Virus record (IMG/VR): IMGVR_UViG_3300047095_000535
Span: 19,708 to 83,707 of that record
Direction: 5' to 3' (one strand)
Source of the DNA: a virus
Length of the DNA: 64,000 bases
In this document: piece after piece, positions 1 through 10,228 of the stretch
Position numbering within the stretch: position 1 is the first letter of the stretch
Layout of the letters: the number at the start of each line of letters is the position of its first letter
The notes under the pieces: model-generated
Told to the model about the DNA's origin: nothing
Databases searched by the model: none
Seen by the model: only the letters and a program-made list of their open reading frames with translations
Made by a program: the position numbers and the translations under genes

Positions 1-999
1 TATAATATAGAGTCCCTGAACTATACTTTATCCGCTCAAAATCATGGCGGGGCGTTTAGGGGGTATGTTGAGTTTCCGTATGACGGAACAACCGATTTAC
101 TTCAGAACGTCATTATCGGCGTATCGTATACCGATGCTGTAGGTCCAAACATAGTTTATGGCCAGTCGAACCCTTTTAATGTATACTCGAAGAACTACTA
201 CGATATATATAAGAAGAACGAGTCTTTCAACGCTTCTCAAACTCTCATGGACTTAAGGTTTCAAGAGACTTTACTAGATAAGACTATATTGTTTGAAGAT
301 TTTTTTGGAGCAGTTTTAGGGGATAGCGGGTACGACCATGAAACAGTAGGTACCAAGCTATATGAGAAAATATCCAACTTTGTTGCAAATACCCAAGACA
401 TCGACGATTGTGAGTATGAGTTTATTGATTCATTAGCACACTTCCTAGGCTATAACGAGGTTGGTGAAGAATCTTATAATTACCCGGAAAAGGTTAAGCG
501 TATTATAAGTCTTGCGTCTGTCAATAAAAACAAGCTGCTAGGCGAGTATAACCGATTCAAGGAGAACCTAGATATCAGGGGACATACTTCTAAGGATCAA
601 TACGGGACCAACATCGGCAACCAGATCAACCCGTTCACCTACATAGTAGATAGGGACGTTCCCATTGTCGCGCTGGAGAAGTTTAGCAACACGTATACCC
701 TTATAAACACTTATAAGTCTGACATGTCATTGTATCCATTGACAGATTACTCCATAGACTGGGGTTGGCCTCTGGTATTGCCCGATAATTTTAACTTTTC
801 GGACATTGAGAAGTATTATCTATTCTTTGAATACGTTCCGGGTTATGATAATACCGTGATTGGGGGCGTAGTGGATTTTGATAACACCAAGACTACTATA
901 TCTAGAGGGTTGAACAACTCGGAGCTATTTGGGGCTGATGCGGTGTTTGAGAACATGTTCCTAGACACCTTATACCAGTCGTTGTCGCTTACCTCTTAA
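1..999 (+). CDS. Virion structural (baseplate-associated?) protein, 5'-truncated by window edge
   Basis: Frame 1 is open from base 1 to TAA at 999, so the ORF-track start at 247 is internal. Lies in the structural module; family not recognised. Confidence 0.5.
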   Translation, partial: YNIESLNYTLSAQNHGGAFRGYVEFPYDGTTDLLQNVIIGVSYTDAVGPNIVYGQSNPFNVYSKNYYDIYKKNESFNASQTLMDLRFQETLLDKTILFEDFFGAVLGDSGYDHETVGTKLYEKISNFVANTQDIDDCEYEFIDSLAHFLGYNEVGEESYNYPEKVKRIISLASVNKNKLLGEYNRFKENLDIRGHTSKDQYGTNIGNQINPFTYIVDRDVPIVALEKFSNTYTLINTYKSDMSLYPLTDYSIDWGWPLVLPDNFNFSDIEKYYLFFEYVPGYDNTVIGGVVDFDNTKTTISRGLNNSELFGADAVFENMFLDTLYQSLSLTS

Positions 1000-1838
1000 T
1001 AGTAGGTTCCGTATACGTCCGTGTCGTTCTTCGACATGTCATACACTTCATCATGGCTTATAGTGTCCACGTCGTAGTCGTATACTTTCTCCGGACTGGA
1101 AAGCGATGGGAACTCCACAGAAGATAGCTTACCAGAGAACAGGTTATCATATACTTGGTCGTTACCAAGTTCTTGTGGCGCGTTGGTCTCAGAGGAAGTT
1201 TCGTAGCGCTTGGCGGTTATTTTCCATACATAATGCCCCATGAGAGGATTGATTCCCCCACTAACCTGTTGGTCGAGTACTTCAGTGATGCGGAATATCT
1301 TAGATCCACGTGTTCCGGGTCTGTCACAACCCAATGCGGTGATTTCCACTAGATCATCCGCTTTCGGTTCGATTCTTTGTCCATGGGAGGTATGAAAGTT
1401 GTCCTCCGCTCCCACATAGTTACCATCCTCGGTGAGTATTACCAACTCAAGCTCGGTTACAAGATACTTTACAAATGCTTCTGTAAATGAGTCTATGGCT
1501 ATATACATAACCAACTCGTCATCGGATTCCATGCCATATCGGGTCAAAGAGACGGATTCTTCCAGTTCTAACATCGCTCGTACTACGAACGGGGGCGAAT
1601 ACTCCTGTGTAGGGTGTTCCCCGTATAGGATGTTACACTGGTTGAGGTTAAATCCATGTACATAAAAGTTTACATCAACTCCGTAGTTATTGATTTGTTC
1701 AATGAAAACGTGTTTAAAGACCAGTCGTTCAGCGGAGTATTTAGACGGGTCTGCGAACCCCCCGCAATTGGAATTGTATATCCCCGCGAATAGAACAGAG
1801 GGATTTAGACAGGATAGAGGTGTTACTGGACAGCCCAT
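996..1838 (-). CDS. Neck / head-completion protein, T4 gp14-like
   Basis: 'EQINNYGVDVNFY..NILYGEHP..LTRYGMESDDELVMYI..IEPKADDLV' resembles the T4 gp14 pattern; near terminase and sheath. Confidence 0.7.
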   Translation of the reverse strand: MGCPVTPLSCLNPSVLFAGIYNSNCGGFADPSKYSAERLVFKHVFIEQINNYGVDVNFYVHGFNLNQCNILYGEHPTQEYSPPFVVRAMLELEESVSLTRYGMESDDELVMYIAIDSFTEAFVKYLVTELELVILTEDGNYVGAEDNFHTSHGQRIEPKADDLVEITALGCDRPGTRGSKIFRITEVLDQQVSGGINPLMGHYVWKITAKRYETSSETNAPQELGNDQVYDNLFSGKLSSVEFPSLSSPEKVYDYDVDTISHDEVYDMSKNDTDVYGTYY

Positions 1839-1839
1839 A

Positions 1840-2169
1840 TTATTGTAGAGATAATCCTTTCTTGATTTTAACCATCGGACCCGACAGACCCATTGTCATG
1901 TAACAATCGTTTCCAGAGTTCTTATAATTCTTGTAAACCTTACCAGCTTGGAATTTCAAGCCTAGTTTCGGCAATATCCTATCTAGCTGTACTCCTTGGT
2001 ACATTCCCGGTAGAATATTCTCTTCCCGGTCTCCTTTGGTATATAGTTGTTTCTTATCAGGACCGACTATATTAGGATTTCGACCATTGTCCGCGTAGAT
2101 GGACGGAGTTGGGGTACCATCCGCAAGATTATGTCTATATTCAAGGAAGAACTGTAAGAAAGGTTTCAC
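1840..2169 (-). CDS. Hypothetical late protein (possible internal head protein)
   Basis: 109-aa ORF; TAAATA 7 nt upstream; N-terminus MKPFLQFFLE. Confidence 0.55.
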   Translation of the reverse strand: MKPFLQFFLEYRHNLADGTPTPSIYADNGRNPNIVGPDKKQLYTKGDREENILPGMYQGVQLDRILPKLGLKFQAGKVYKNYKNSGNDCYMTMGLSGPMVKIKKGLSLQ

Positions 2170-2185
2170 TAATAACTATTTAACG

Positions 2186-2215
2186 AAAAAGCCCATCGGG
2201 ACACGACGGGCTTTT
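2186..2215. terminator. Intrinsic terminator (possibly bidirectional)
   Basis: AAAAAGCCC-ATCG..CGAC-GGGCTTTT hairpin with A/T tracts, downstream of the 2240-3202 gene. Confidence 0.55.
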
Positions 2216-2239
2216 CTAAATTAGTTGTTATCGGATGAA

Positions 2240-3202
2240 TTACCGAATGAATTCTTGTCCTTTACCTTTAATGGTTGATTTAACCTTGTTATCGGTTCCC
2301 ATGTCGGGTTTCTTGCCGCTTGTAATGGCATGACCGTAGTCACCGTCATCACCAACATCATCAGTTACGGCTGAAGAGGCTTTTTTCTTATGGGGGACCA
2401 CTTTTCCGCCGACTTTGTTGCTTTTCGCTTGAAAAACCTTTTTCTTGTCGGGGGCAACGGCAGTACCTTGAACTTCTTCGTCTTCGTCAAAGTTGAATTC
2501 GTCGCCGCCTTCTTCTCCACCAAGGTCGCCTTCGTCGTCGAAGGACAGATCGTCACCTTCTTCACCAAAACCTTCTTCGTCTCCTCCTAATGCGCCTTGG
2601 AGAACATCTACAAGGGCTTGGGCGGTGGCGCGATCAAGCGTGAACGTTACGGAATCTTCTTCTCCACCAAATTCATCGTCTCCGAGACCTTCGTCTAGAT
2701 CAGAATCCGGGGTAGCGTCATCCAAACCAAGGGCGTCGAGATCTTCTCCTTCATTTTCCTGACCGAAGTTTTCTCTGAGAACCTTACTATATAGCTTATC
2801 AAAACTTGATTTACTCATGAAGTTATTTAGTATTTTTTTAGAAACTTTTTTACTTTCTTTCAATTCTTCGTCTTCTTCCGCTTCTTCTCCAGACCTGAGA
2901 TCACATTCTCTTTTCAGTTTTTTACGGGTTTCTGTGGATACGGTTGGGTCTTTGGACTTTTTATCCATCTCGGCGGTTTTCTTATTCCTCTTACTTACTG
3001 GGAGATACTTGGAAACGTCCTCCGCATCTTCCTCGTCCACGATCTTATTATACCCGTCCGTTTTTTCAGCGCCAGTCCCATTGGTTCCTTTTGCCTTTGG
3101 TTCCTCGAAGGGTTTTTGTGTGGATTCATTGATATTTCGTTTTACATCATTCAACATGGTACCGTAAATATCGCCAATTGAAACTCTGTCTGTTTGCTTC
3201 AT
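2240..3202 (-). CDS. Highly acidic low-complexity protein (prohead core/scaffold-like)
   Basis: Very D/E/G-rich. Start moved to ATG 3202, 5 nt after minus-strand TAAATA (3208-3213). Confidence 0.5.
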   Translation of the reverse strand: MKQTDRVSIGDIYGTMLNDVKRNINESTQKPFEEPKAKGTNGTGAEKTDGYNKIVDEEDAEDVSKYLPVSKRNKKTAEMDKKSKDPTVSTETRKKLKRECDLRSGEEAEEDEELKESKKVSKKILNNFMSKSSFDKLYSKVLRENFGQENEGEDLDALGLDDATPDSDLDEGLGDDEFGGEEDSVTFTLDRATAQALVDVLQGALGGDEEGFGEEGDDLSFDDEGDLGGEEGGDEFNFDEDEEVQGTAVAPDKKKVFQAKSNKVGGKVVPHKKKASSAVTDDVGDDGDYGHAITSGKKPDMGTDNKVKSTIKGKGQEFIR

Positions 3203-3233
3203 GTTTATATTTAGCATTAAATAGCATTATATT

Positions 3234-5054
3234 ATGGCAGGAAGAGGTAGACCCAAGAAAACAGTTGACGATATAAAGCTCAGTCGGAAGGAAATGTACT
3301 TAGGAAATCCTGATTTACCTTCAATTGAAGCTAAGTTCGCGTTTACTCCTGAAATGGAGGAGGAAATTATCAAATGTAAAAATGACATATTATATTTTGC
3401 GGAAACGTACTTCTACATCATTACAGACGAGGGAAAAGAGGTAATTCCCCTATTTGATTACCAGAAGAGGCTAATAGAAGCTTTCAAGAACAATCGGTTT
3501 AATATAATACTAAGTTCGCGCCAATCAGGTAAAACAACCATGTTATCCATTCTAGCCTTACATGAGGCGTGTTTCAATGAGTATAAAAACATAGTTATCG
3601 TTGCAAATAAGGAAGACACCGCCAAAATGATATTCAAACGGGTAAAGTTGGCGTATGAAGCTTTGCCGGTATGGTTAAAGCCTGCGGTTAAAACATGGGG
3701 GCAAACCAGCTTGGAACTTGCGAATGGTAGTTATATAGGTATTTCCACCACAACCGGGTCTGCTGCCCGGGGGCATACCATCCACGCACTTTTGCTTGAT
3801 GAGCTAGCCCACATCGAACCAGACTCCATTGTTGAAGACTTCATGAGGTCTGTTCTACCAACCATTTCCAGATCGAAAAAATCAAAAATCCTTATAACCT
3901 CTACTCCCAAAGGTAAGAATAATGTGTTTTATCGGATGTATACCGCCGCTACCAAGGAAGGAACCAAAGAATGGAATGGAATACACCCGGAGGTCGTTCA
4001 TTGGTCGGAAATACCGGATCGTGATGAGGCATGGAGACAGGTGGAAATCGCTAGAATGGGGTCAACAGAGGCATTCGAGCAAGAGTTTGGATGCGTTTTC
4101 ATGGACGATGGTTCTTCTGCCATTGATACAGAGTTATTTGAAGAACTTAAGAAGTTTTGTTGTGAGCCTAAACATAGTTTTGAAGACGGCCATTATAAGA
4201 TATGGGAAGAACCCGATCCATCCAGAGTGTATGTAGCGGGGGTTGATGTGTCCGAAGGGGTGAACCAAGATGCGTCCGTTATACAAATCTTGGATATAAC
4301 CGATCTGCGAGAGATTACACAAGTGGCCGAGTATCATAATAATACGATTGCTCCTGCGGAGTTCGCCAATAAGCTTTACGAAATATTATGTAATTGGGGG
4401 AAACCGCTGGTTCTAATCGAGCGTAATAATCAAGGGGGACAGGTCTGTGATAGGCTTGTACTAGACCTTGGATACGAGAAGGTGGTATCGTGGGGAGCTA
4501 AAAAGTCCCATCGGATGAATATCATGTATGGTATCATATCCCACACTAATACGAAATACACGGCGGTATTGAACGAGAGATACTTCATCAACGAAATCCG
4601 TGCGGTTAAGTTTAGAAGCTTACAGACGTTGAATGAGTTTAAAACCTTTATCAGATATCCAAATGGTACTTGGAAAGCGAAAGGCGGGGACCATGATGAC
4701 AGGGTTATGGCGTTTTTATGGGCGTTGATGATACTATACACTGAAATTACCCAATTATACTTCGAAATTGTTAAAGTGGATGACTTTGGAAAACCATTGA
4801 TCTTGGAGGTTATGGACTGGGGGACTAAGATGTTCGAAAACCCCACTTCCATATATACAAACGAGCAAGTAGATAGTATCGAAAACTCCATGTTGAACCC
4901 AATGAGCTTCGGCGCGTTCGAGGAAGGGGAAGATGAAGTATCGGGATTACTGGCGGAAGGATGGGTGTTTGTGAATGGGAGTATGCCTTATATACATCCA
5001 GATCGAAACATGACTAGGGAATCGTACGATATTATGAATAAGTGGTTTAAATGA
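3234..5054 (+). CDS. terL: Terminase large subunit (T4 gp17-like)
   Basis: Walker A 'SSRQSGKTT', Walker B 'LLLDELAH', 'ITSTPKG', nuclease motifs 'GVDVSEG' and 'HDDRVMA'. Confidence 0.95.
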   Translation: MAGRGRPKKTVDDIKLSRKEMYLGNPDLPSIEAKFAFTPEMEEEIIKCKNDILYFAETYFYIITDEGKEVIPLFDYQKRLIEAFKNNRFNIILSSRQSGKTTMLSILALHEACFNEYKNIVIVANKEDTAKMIFKRVKLAYEALPVWLKPAVKTWGQTSLELANGSYIGISTTTGSAARGHTIHALLLDELAHIEPDSIVEDFMRSVLPTISRSKKSKILITSTPKGKNNVFYRMYTAATKEGTKEWNGIHPEVVHWSEIPDRDEAWRQVEIARMGSTEAFEQEFGCVFMDDGSSAIDTELFEELKKFCCEPKHSFEDGHYKIWEEPDPSRVYVAGVDVSEGVNQDASVIQILDITDLREITQVAEYHNNTIAPAEFANKLYEILCNWGKPLVLIERNNQGGQVCDRLVLDLGYEKVVSWGAKKSHRMNIMYGIISHTNTKYTAVLNERYFINEIRAVKFRSLQTLNEFKTFIRYPNGTWKAKGGDHDDRVMAFLWALMILYTEITQLYFEIVKVDDFGKPLILEVMDWGTKMFENPTSIYTNEQVDSIENSMLNPMSFGAFEEGEDEVSGLLAEGWVFVNGSMPYIHPDRNMTRESYDIMNKWFK

Positions 5055-5103
5055 ACACCCATTATAATAGGATAATATATTTTTTTGAAGTAACCACATG
5101 TTA

Positions 5104-5307
5104 TCAGACATTGTTTTCTGGAATCAGCTTCTGCCCTTCTTCTGAAGAGAGAAAATCAATAATCGCCCTATCTAGGTTATCTCCAGTACAGTTAGCCGTA
5201 TTATAGGTTATACTTCTTCTTCCTACCGAAACAGTCACCTCGTCATCGGGATTTAGTGTTTTTTCATAGTCTGTTAAGATTTCTGATATTGTTCGGTTAT
5301 CGTTCAT
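5104..5307 (-). CDS. Hypothetical protein
   Basis: 67-aa ORF, start overlaps the stop of 5304-5549. Confidence 0.5.
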   Translation of the reverse strand: MNDNRTISEILTDYEKTLNPDDEVTVSVGRRSITYNTANCTGDNLDRAIIDFLSSEEGQKLIPENNV

Positions 5308-5549
5308 AATGGTGGAGTTACGTTCACTTTCATCCCTCTAGTCTTGTTGAAGGAGTCATAGATAGCATCTTCTACTTTAATTTTATCACTATCTGGTACC
5401 TTAGATATCATTCCGCCTACTATGACATTCAATATACCTACTACCTTTGTAAGAGACATGTCAGCATTATTGACGATTCTAAAGGTTATATATCCATTCG
5501 GGGTCTCCCCAATCTCGATAATTGGAGTTATGTCTTGTTGTGTTATCAT
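5304..5549 (-). CDS. Hypothetical protein
   Basis: 81-aa ORF with TAAATA motifs upstream. Confidence 0.5.
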   Translation of the reverse strand: MITQQDITPIIEIGETPNGYITFRIVNNADMSLTKVVGILNVIVGGMISKVPDSDKIKVEDAIYDSFNKTRGMKVNVTPPL

Positions 5550-5561
5550 AATTACTTTTAT

Positions 5562-5627
5562 TTAATATTTAAGTCTTCTGGGCCAGCCCATCAGATGGAA
5601 CTCTATGAAGGCTTTGAAGTTGCTCAT
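5562..5627 (-). CDS. Putative 21-aa leaderless peptide MSNFKAFIEFHLMGWPRRLKY
   Basis: Minus-strand TTGACA(5661-5656)-N16-TATCAT-N6-ATG. Confidence 0.3.
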   Translation of the reverse strand: MSNFKAFIEFHLMGWPRRLKY

Positions 5628-5685
5628 ACGGATATGATAGGGCATGGATTGGAAATGTCAAGAGGGGGATTTAAAAAATAGTGGA

Positions 5686-5698
5686 GGGGGGGGGGGGG
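5686..5698 (+). repeat. G13 homopolymer
   Basis: 13 consecutive G in the divergent intergenic region. Confidence 0.85.
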
Positions 5699-5750
5699 TA
5701 TTTGAAAATGGGGCCGGTTGAAAATTACCAACATATTAAATAGTCATATA

Positions 5751-6332
5751 GTGAACACCACAGTCCAAAGTTATTTAAACAAGGCCCGCGAAGACAAGTT
5801 CTTACTTGTTTTCGACGTTCCACCTATTCTAAAGTCCACTATTAGTGAGTACATTCGGGATAATGAGCATATCAACCCGAATAGCGTCCAATTCAGCATA
5901 TTTGGCAGCATCGTTCCTCAGATTACGGTAAAAGGAGTGGAAGCTAGATACGCGGGGTCCACTTTATACGTCTCGTCCCACTCCAAAGACAGCTACCCTC
6001 CGGTAAACGTGAAGTTTGTAATAGACTCCATGTACGACAACTGGTGGGTCATATATCAGTGGTTGAACCTCCTACATGACCAGAAAACCGGGACTTATAA
6101 CGCCAATAACATCCCGGTTGATAAGAATTTCAATGATTATATGACAAATATGACCATTTATGGGCTGGATGAGTATGGGAAGAAGCGTATGAAGTTCACA
6201 TATATAAAAGCGTTCCCTACTTCTCTGGATGAGATAGTTTTCAACCAAAAAGCCGACGCGGGGAAGGAAATTGAAAGCGGATTTACGTTTCTCTACAGCC
6301 AGCTTCATACTGAAAGACTATTGGAAGTATAA
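5751..6332 (+). CDS. Tail completion / tube terminator protein (T4 gp3-like, tube fold)
   Basis: 'PVNVKFVIDSMYDNWWVIYQWL..MKFTYIKAFPTSLDEIVF' fits gp3/gp19-fold proteins; directly upstream of sheath. GTG 5751 chosen because TAAATA is at 5737-5742. Confidence 0.7.
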   Translation: MNTTVQSYLNKAREDKFLLVFDVPPILKSTISEYIRDNEHINPNSVQFSIFGSIVPQITVKGVEARYAGSTLYVSSHSKDSYPPVNVKFVIDSMYDNWWVIYQWLNLLHDQKTGTYNANNIPVDKNFNDYMTNMTIYGLDEYGKKRMKFTYIKAFPTSLDEIVFNQKADAGKEIESGFTFLYSQLHTERLLEV

Positions 6333-6391
6333 TATTTCTCTTTTCTCTCTCCATACTTTATTTTTTTGGATGGAAAAGATTAAATAGAAGT

Positions 6392-8773
6392 ATGGCAATT
6401 AGAACAATCCAATCCCCGAACGTCGAGATACGCGAACGTGATTTATCCCTTATCGCACCACAAAACGTCGGTACCAACGTGTTTATTACGGGGTATACCT
6501 CTCAAGGTCCGATGGACGAGGTGTTACAAATCTCCTCTAAAGACGAGCTGGAAGGCATTTATGGCATTCCAACTAATAGTGCGGAGAGATACTTTTATCA
6601 CGGAGTTAAGGAACTTTTAACTTCACCAGCAACCATCTATACATATAGACTGCCCTACGGCCCAGGAACCGGAGATGGATTCGGAAGTAATTACTCCGCT
6701 TTGGTGTATCCGGTCAATTTTGTGACTACCACAGTCGCAAACTCCTTATCGCTGGTCTCTTCAACACTATCAAGTACCGCTATCAACGATTTATCTGCGG
6801 CGGTTACTACAGACCTTGACCAACTGTCCGGAACATATGTTCTAGGAAATCCGGTACACCTTACACTGACGGAGAGTCAGTATAACCAAGCTCAACAAGG
6901 AATCAATTGGCAGTCCACCGCTCTAAATGCGGCCAACCTATCTTCCATAAACCAGATGGGTTATTCCGGGGTGATCATACTGAACAAGGCCCAGACCATT
7001 ATCAACAGCCAGTTCGAAGGATTTTATGTTGGTATCATGGATAACTCCAATATCAACCCTGCTACCAACTTTACCACTATTTTAGGAGCGAAAACCGTTA
7101 GCGTATCTGCGACTACGGCGGCTACCACTTATACCACGATTCCTAATGGAACCTTGGAATTCGGTCTATCTTCCAACTACCTGACTGGACCTAAGAACAG
7201 TATTTCCCAAGTTATGGAAAACCTTACCGACTATAACATCGACGGTAGGGAAGATGACGATCTGTTAAACGTTGGAGTATTTAAACTTCGTAAGAGTCTG
7301 TTCGCTACTGAAGCGTATAAACTGGATTACGTGGTGGACGGTGCGATTGTGGGATCTATCGACTCCTACCGCAAGCGTCTGAATCCTACCGGAGGACCGC
7401 AAGTATCCTTCTTCTTGGAGAGTGAGGACACTAATGACCGTAACGTGGAGATTTTAGTCAACCCATACATTTCCAACATCTACGGCAGAACCGCAGTTGA
7501 CGCCAACGGTATTCCTCAAAAGAAAGTCCGGGTGCTGACCAATGCGCTATATTCTAGTGTAAGCGCACTTAGTACTATAGCATCCCTTTCCGCCACCAAC
7601 AAATACGGTGTTCTTTATCCTCAACTGTCATATCTAGTGGCGAACTTGGGATACGCTGATAACCTGTATCCTCTTGGAGCGTTTAGTGACGCGCAAGTTA
7701 AGCAAAAGGATCTTGGGTCTATCCCAAGCAAAGTTGAACGTGCCTTGGACACCATCCGCAATGATGAGATTTATGACATAGATGTGGTTGTGGAAGCAGG
7801 GTTAGGAACCATTTATGCTTCAACTAAAGGCAGCAACCTATCATACTACGACGATACGGAAGCGTTTAACGCGCTTAGTTCACTTAGAACTTCCAACCCG
7901 CTAGACGAAACTGGTCTGGGCGTGCGGGCCAATTATAGCACGATTTTCAACCTGTTTGAAAACTTCTGTAACCTTCCTAGTAATACCGGGGGACGTGGAG
8001 ACTGTATGTTCATAGCCGACCCGATCCGTCATATTATGATCTCTGGAAAAAACACCCGCTATCTGTCTGACAGAAGCAAGAACTTCCAAACCGATATCTT
8101 CTGGGCGATGAGACACCAGTTCGAACTTGAGAATACTTCATACGCGGCCATGTATGCAAACTGGGCGCAAACATATGATGAATACTTGGGTGATAAGATC
8201 TGGGTACCGTTCTCATCCGTGGCGGCAGCGTCCTTCGCAAGAAATGATGCGGCAGAATTCCCATGGTCCGCTCCTGCTGGATATACCAGAGGATTGGTAA
8301 GTGGTAACGTGATTGACATCGCGGTAACTCCTAATCAGAAACAACGGGACGAGTTGTATAAGACCAACTTCAACCCTGTGTTGTTCTCCCCCTCACAAGG
8401 TATAGCGATCTTCGGTCAAAAAACCCTTAGCAGAAAACCAAGCGCATTCGACAGGATCAACGTCCGTAGATTGTTCTTGGCTCTGGAAAGACCGACCAAA
8501 AAGGCAGCCATCTTCTACGTATTCGAACCTAACAACGAATACACTAGAACACGGTTTGTCAACACTCTTACGCCTTTGTTTGAGTATGCGAAACAAAACG
8601 GTGGTCTGTATGATTACCTGATTGTCTGTGACGAGCGCAATAACACTCCTCAAGTTATAGATTCTAACGAACTTGTGGCTGATATATATATCAAACCAAC
8701 CAGAACAGCAGAGTTCATAATTTGTCAGTTCACAGCAACACGCACGGACGCTAACTTTTTGGAGCTAGTCTAA
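6392..8773 (+). CDS. Contractile tail sheath protein (T4 gp18-like)
   Basis: 'SPNVEIRERDLS', 'PWSAPAGYTRG', 'FGQKTL..SAFDRINVRRLF', 'IVCDERNNTPQVID..IYIKP'. Confidence 0.95.
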   Translation: MAIRTIQSPNVEIRERDLSLIAPQNVGTNVFITGYTSQGPMDEVLQISSKDELEGIYGIPTNSAERYFYHGVKELLTSPATIYTYRLPYGPGTGDGFGSNYSALVYPVNFVTTTVANSLSLVSSTLSSTAINDLSAAVTTDLDQLSGTYVLGNPVHLTLTESQYNQAQQGINWQSTALNAANLSSINQMGYSGVIILNKAQTIINSQFEGFYVGIMDNSNINPATNFTTILGAKTVSVSATTAATTYTTIPNGTLEFGLSSNYLTGPKNSISQVMENLTDYNIDGREDDDLLNVGVFKLRKSLFATEAYKLDYVVDGAIVGSIDSYRKRLNPTGGPQVSFFLESEDTNDRNVEILVNPYISNIYGRTAVDANGIPQKKVRVLTNALYSSVSALSTIASLSATNKYGVLYPQLSYLVANLGYADNLYPLGAFSDAQVKQKDLGSIPSKVERALDTIRNDEIYDIDVVVEAGLGTIYASTKGSNLSYYDDTEAFNALSSLRTSNPLDETGLGVRANYSTIFNLFENFCNLPSNTGGRGDCMFIADPIRHIMISGKNTRYLSDRSKNFQTDIFWAMRHQFELENTSYAAMYANWAQTYDEYLGDKIWVPFSSVAAASFARNDAAEFPWSAPAGYTRGLVSGNVIDIAVTPNQKQRDELYKTNFNPVLFSPSQGIAIFGQKTLSRKPSAFDRINVRRLFLALERPTKKAAIFYVFEPNNEYTRTRFVNTLTPLFEYAKQNGGLYDYLIVCDERNNTPQVIDSNELVADIYIKPTRTAEFIICQFTATRTDANFLELV

Positions 8774-8787
8774 GCGGTTCATAAGTC

Positions 8788-8819
8788 AAAAAAAGGGGAG
8801 CATTTCTGCTCCCCTTTTT
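8788..8819. terminator. Bidirectional intrinsic terminator
   Basis: AAAAAAAGGGGAGCA-TTTC-TGCTCCCCTTTTT between convergent genes. Confidence 0.85.
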
Positions 8820-8828
8820 CGTTGTAAA

Positions 8829-10163
8829 TTATCTAGGTCTGGACAGGATCGAACACGGCCCTTGTAGGAAAGACAACAGGATGTCTCCTAAATCTTGGGC
8901 GGTTCCGAGGTTCCCATCAGGAGTCGAGAACACTATCTTTATAATACCTAGACGGGCGTTTATAGAGACCCCTTGAAAAAACTCATTGTTCCATACCAGA
9001 TGGTCGTAGAATCCATGTTGTTTGGCGATTTTAGCGAACTCTGGATCTTTCCACATTTGAGGATTGTTTTTCGGGTTAAACGACCTAACCGGACTCTTTA
9101 TGGCATGTTTTATACTACTGTCTGTGATGAGCCAGTACACTCCTCCATACAACTGGAACGTATTATCCTCTTTGTCCACATCATAGCTATAGTATATATG
9201 GACGTTGTTTCTGTTGGCGCGGGACACCGCCTGCAATGCCTCGTTTTTAAGGTTGTCCATTGCGTACACTTCTTCCCGTATCTTATCTTCTACATCAGTG
9301 ACTTTCTGCAACCCTTCGGCATTATGTGGATCAGGGTAGACGTTATTGGCTAGCTTAAACCCACTTCTGTTCTTGACTTTACTATTGAAGTTCTTCACCG
9401 CCCATTTTTTACAGAAGTTGGTAAACTCCATCATTGCCGCCCCGTACGGCTTTGCCACCCCGTACCCAAGTTCCCCCTCCATGTTGCGTAACGGTTTCAG
9501 GGTTATTCTAGATACAGGTTTTCGTAAATCCACTTTACCGTTCGGTCTTACTTCAGAAGAAGGTATTAGGTATGCCACCAATGTCCCCTCGTTGACTTCA
9601 GCAGGTAGGGTACAGGAGTTGTTGCCTTCCTTACGGTATTTCAGGTCAACACAGGATGTCCATGACCGTCCGGTTGACATGCCATATATATCATACGGGT
9701 GTCGGGATATTACAATGCTGGTTTTATTGTCTTGTACATGGCGTATGGGGTCGGTTTTAAATAAATGGGTGTACTTTGGGCGATCCTTGGACTCCTCGTT
9801 TCTTCCCATAATAGATACCATGGGCTGTTTCAATTTTTCAAGGATTCGACCAATTTTATATATATTCTTATCTCCGGGTTTTTTACATATCCCGTCAATA
9901 TAAGCTTTTACGTTAGGAATATCATACCCGTGTTGCTCTATGAAATTGGAAATCTGGTTGTATGAGCTGGTCATGTCCGATACCACATTGGAGAACGCGG
10001 CTTCAAAATCAAAGTTGAAATCGTATACTAGACGGTCCTTGTTTCCAAACACTTCGTTTATTTCCGGTATTTTATAAGCATTACTCTTGGTACGGGTCAT
10101 TTGTTTCTCTTTGGCCAAGTTTAGATCTATCGCTTCTTGGAAAAAATTTGTGAACGGCTCCAT
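8829..10163 (-). CDS. Hypothetical late protein (possible internal head protein)
   Basis: 444-aa ORF antisense between sheath and tube; TAAATA 6 nt upstream; N-terminus MEPFTNFFQE. Confidence 0.65.
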   Translation of the reverse strand: MEPFTNFFQEAIDLNLAKEKQMTRTKSNAYKIPEINEVFGNKDRLVYDFNFDFEAAFSNVVSDMTSSYNQISNFIEQHGYDIPNVKAYIDGICKKPGDKNIYKIGRILEKLKQPMVSIMGRNEESKDRPKYTHLFKTDPIRHVQDNKTSIVISRHPYDIYGMSTGRSWTSCVDLKYRKEGNNSCTLPAEVNEGTLVAYLIPSSEVRPNGKVDLRKPVSRITLKPLRNMEGELGYGVAKPYGAAMMEFTNFCKKWAVKNFNSKVKNRSGFKLANNVYPDPHNAEGLQKVTDVEDKIREEVYAMDNLKNEALQAVSRANRNNVHIYYSYDVDKEDNTFQLYGGVYWLITDSSIKHAIKSPVRSFNPKNNPQMWKDPEFAKIAKQHGFYDHLVWNNEFFQGVSINARLGIIKIVFSTPDGNLGTAQDLGDILLSFLQGPCSILSRPR

Positions 10164-10228
10164 GGATACTATTTAACGGTTTTTGATACCTATTGAGCTA
10201 AAACATACATTAAATGGTAAATACTAAC

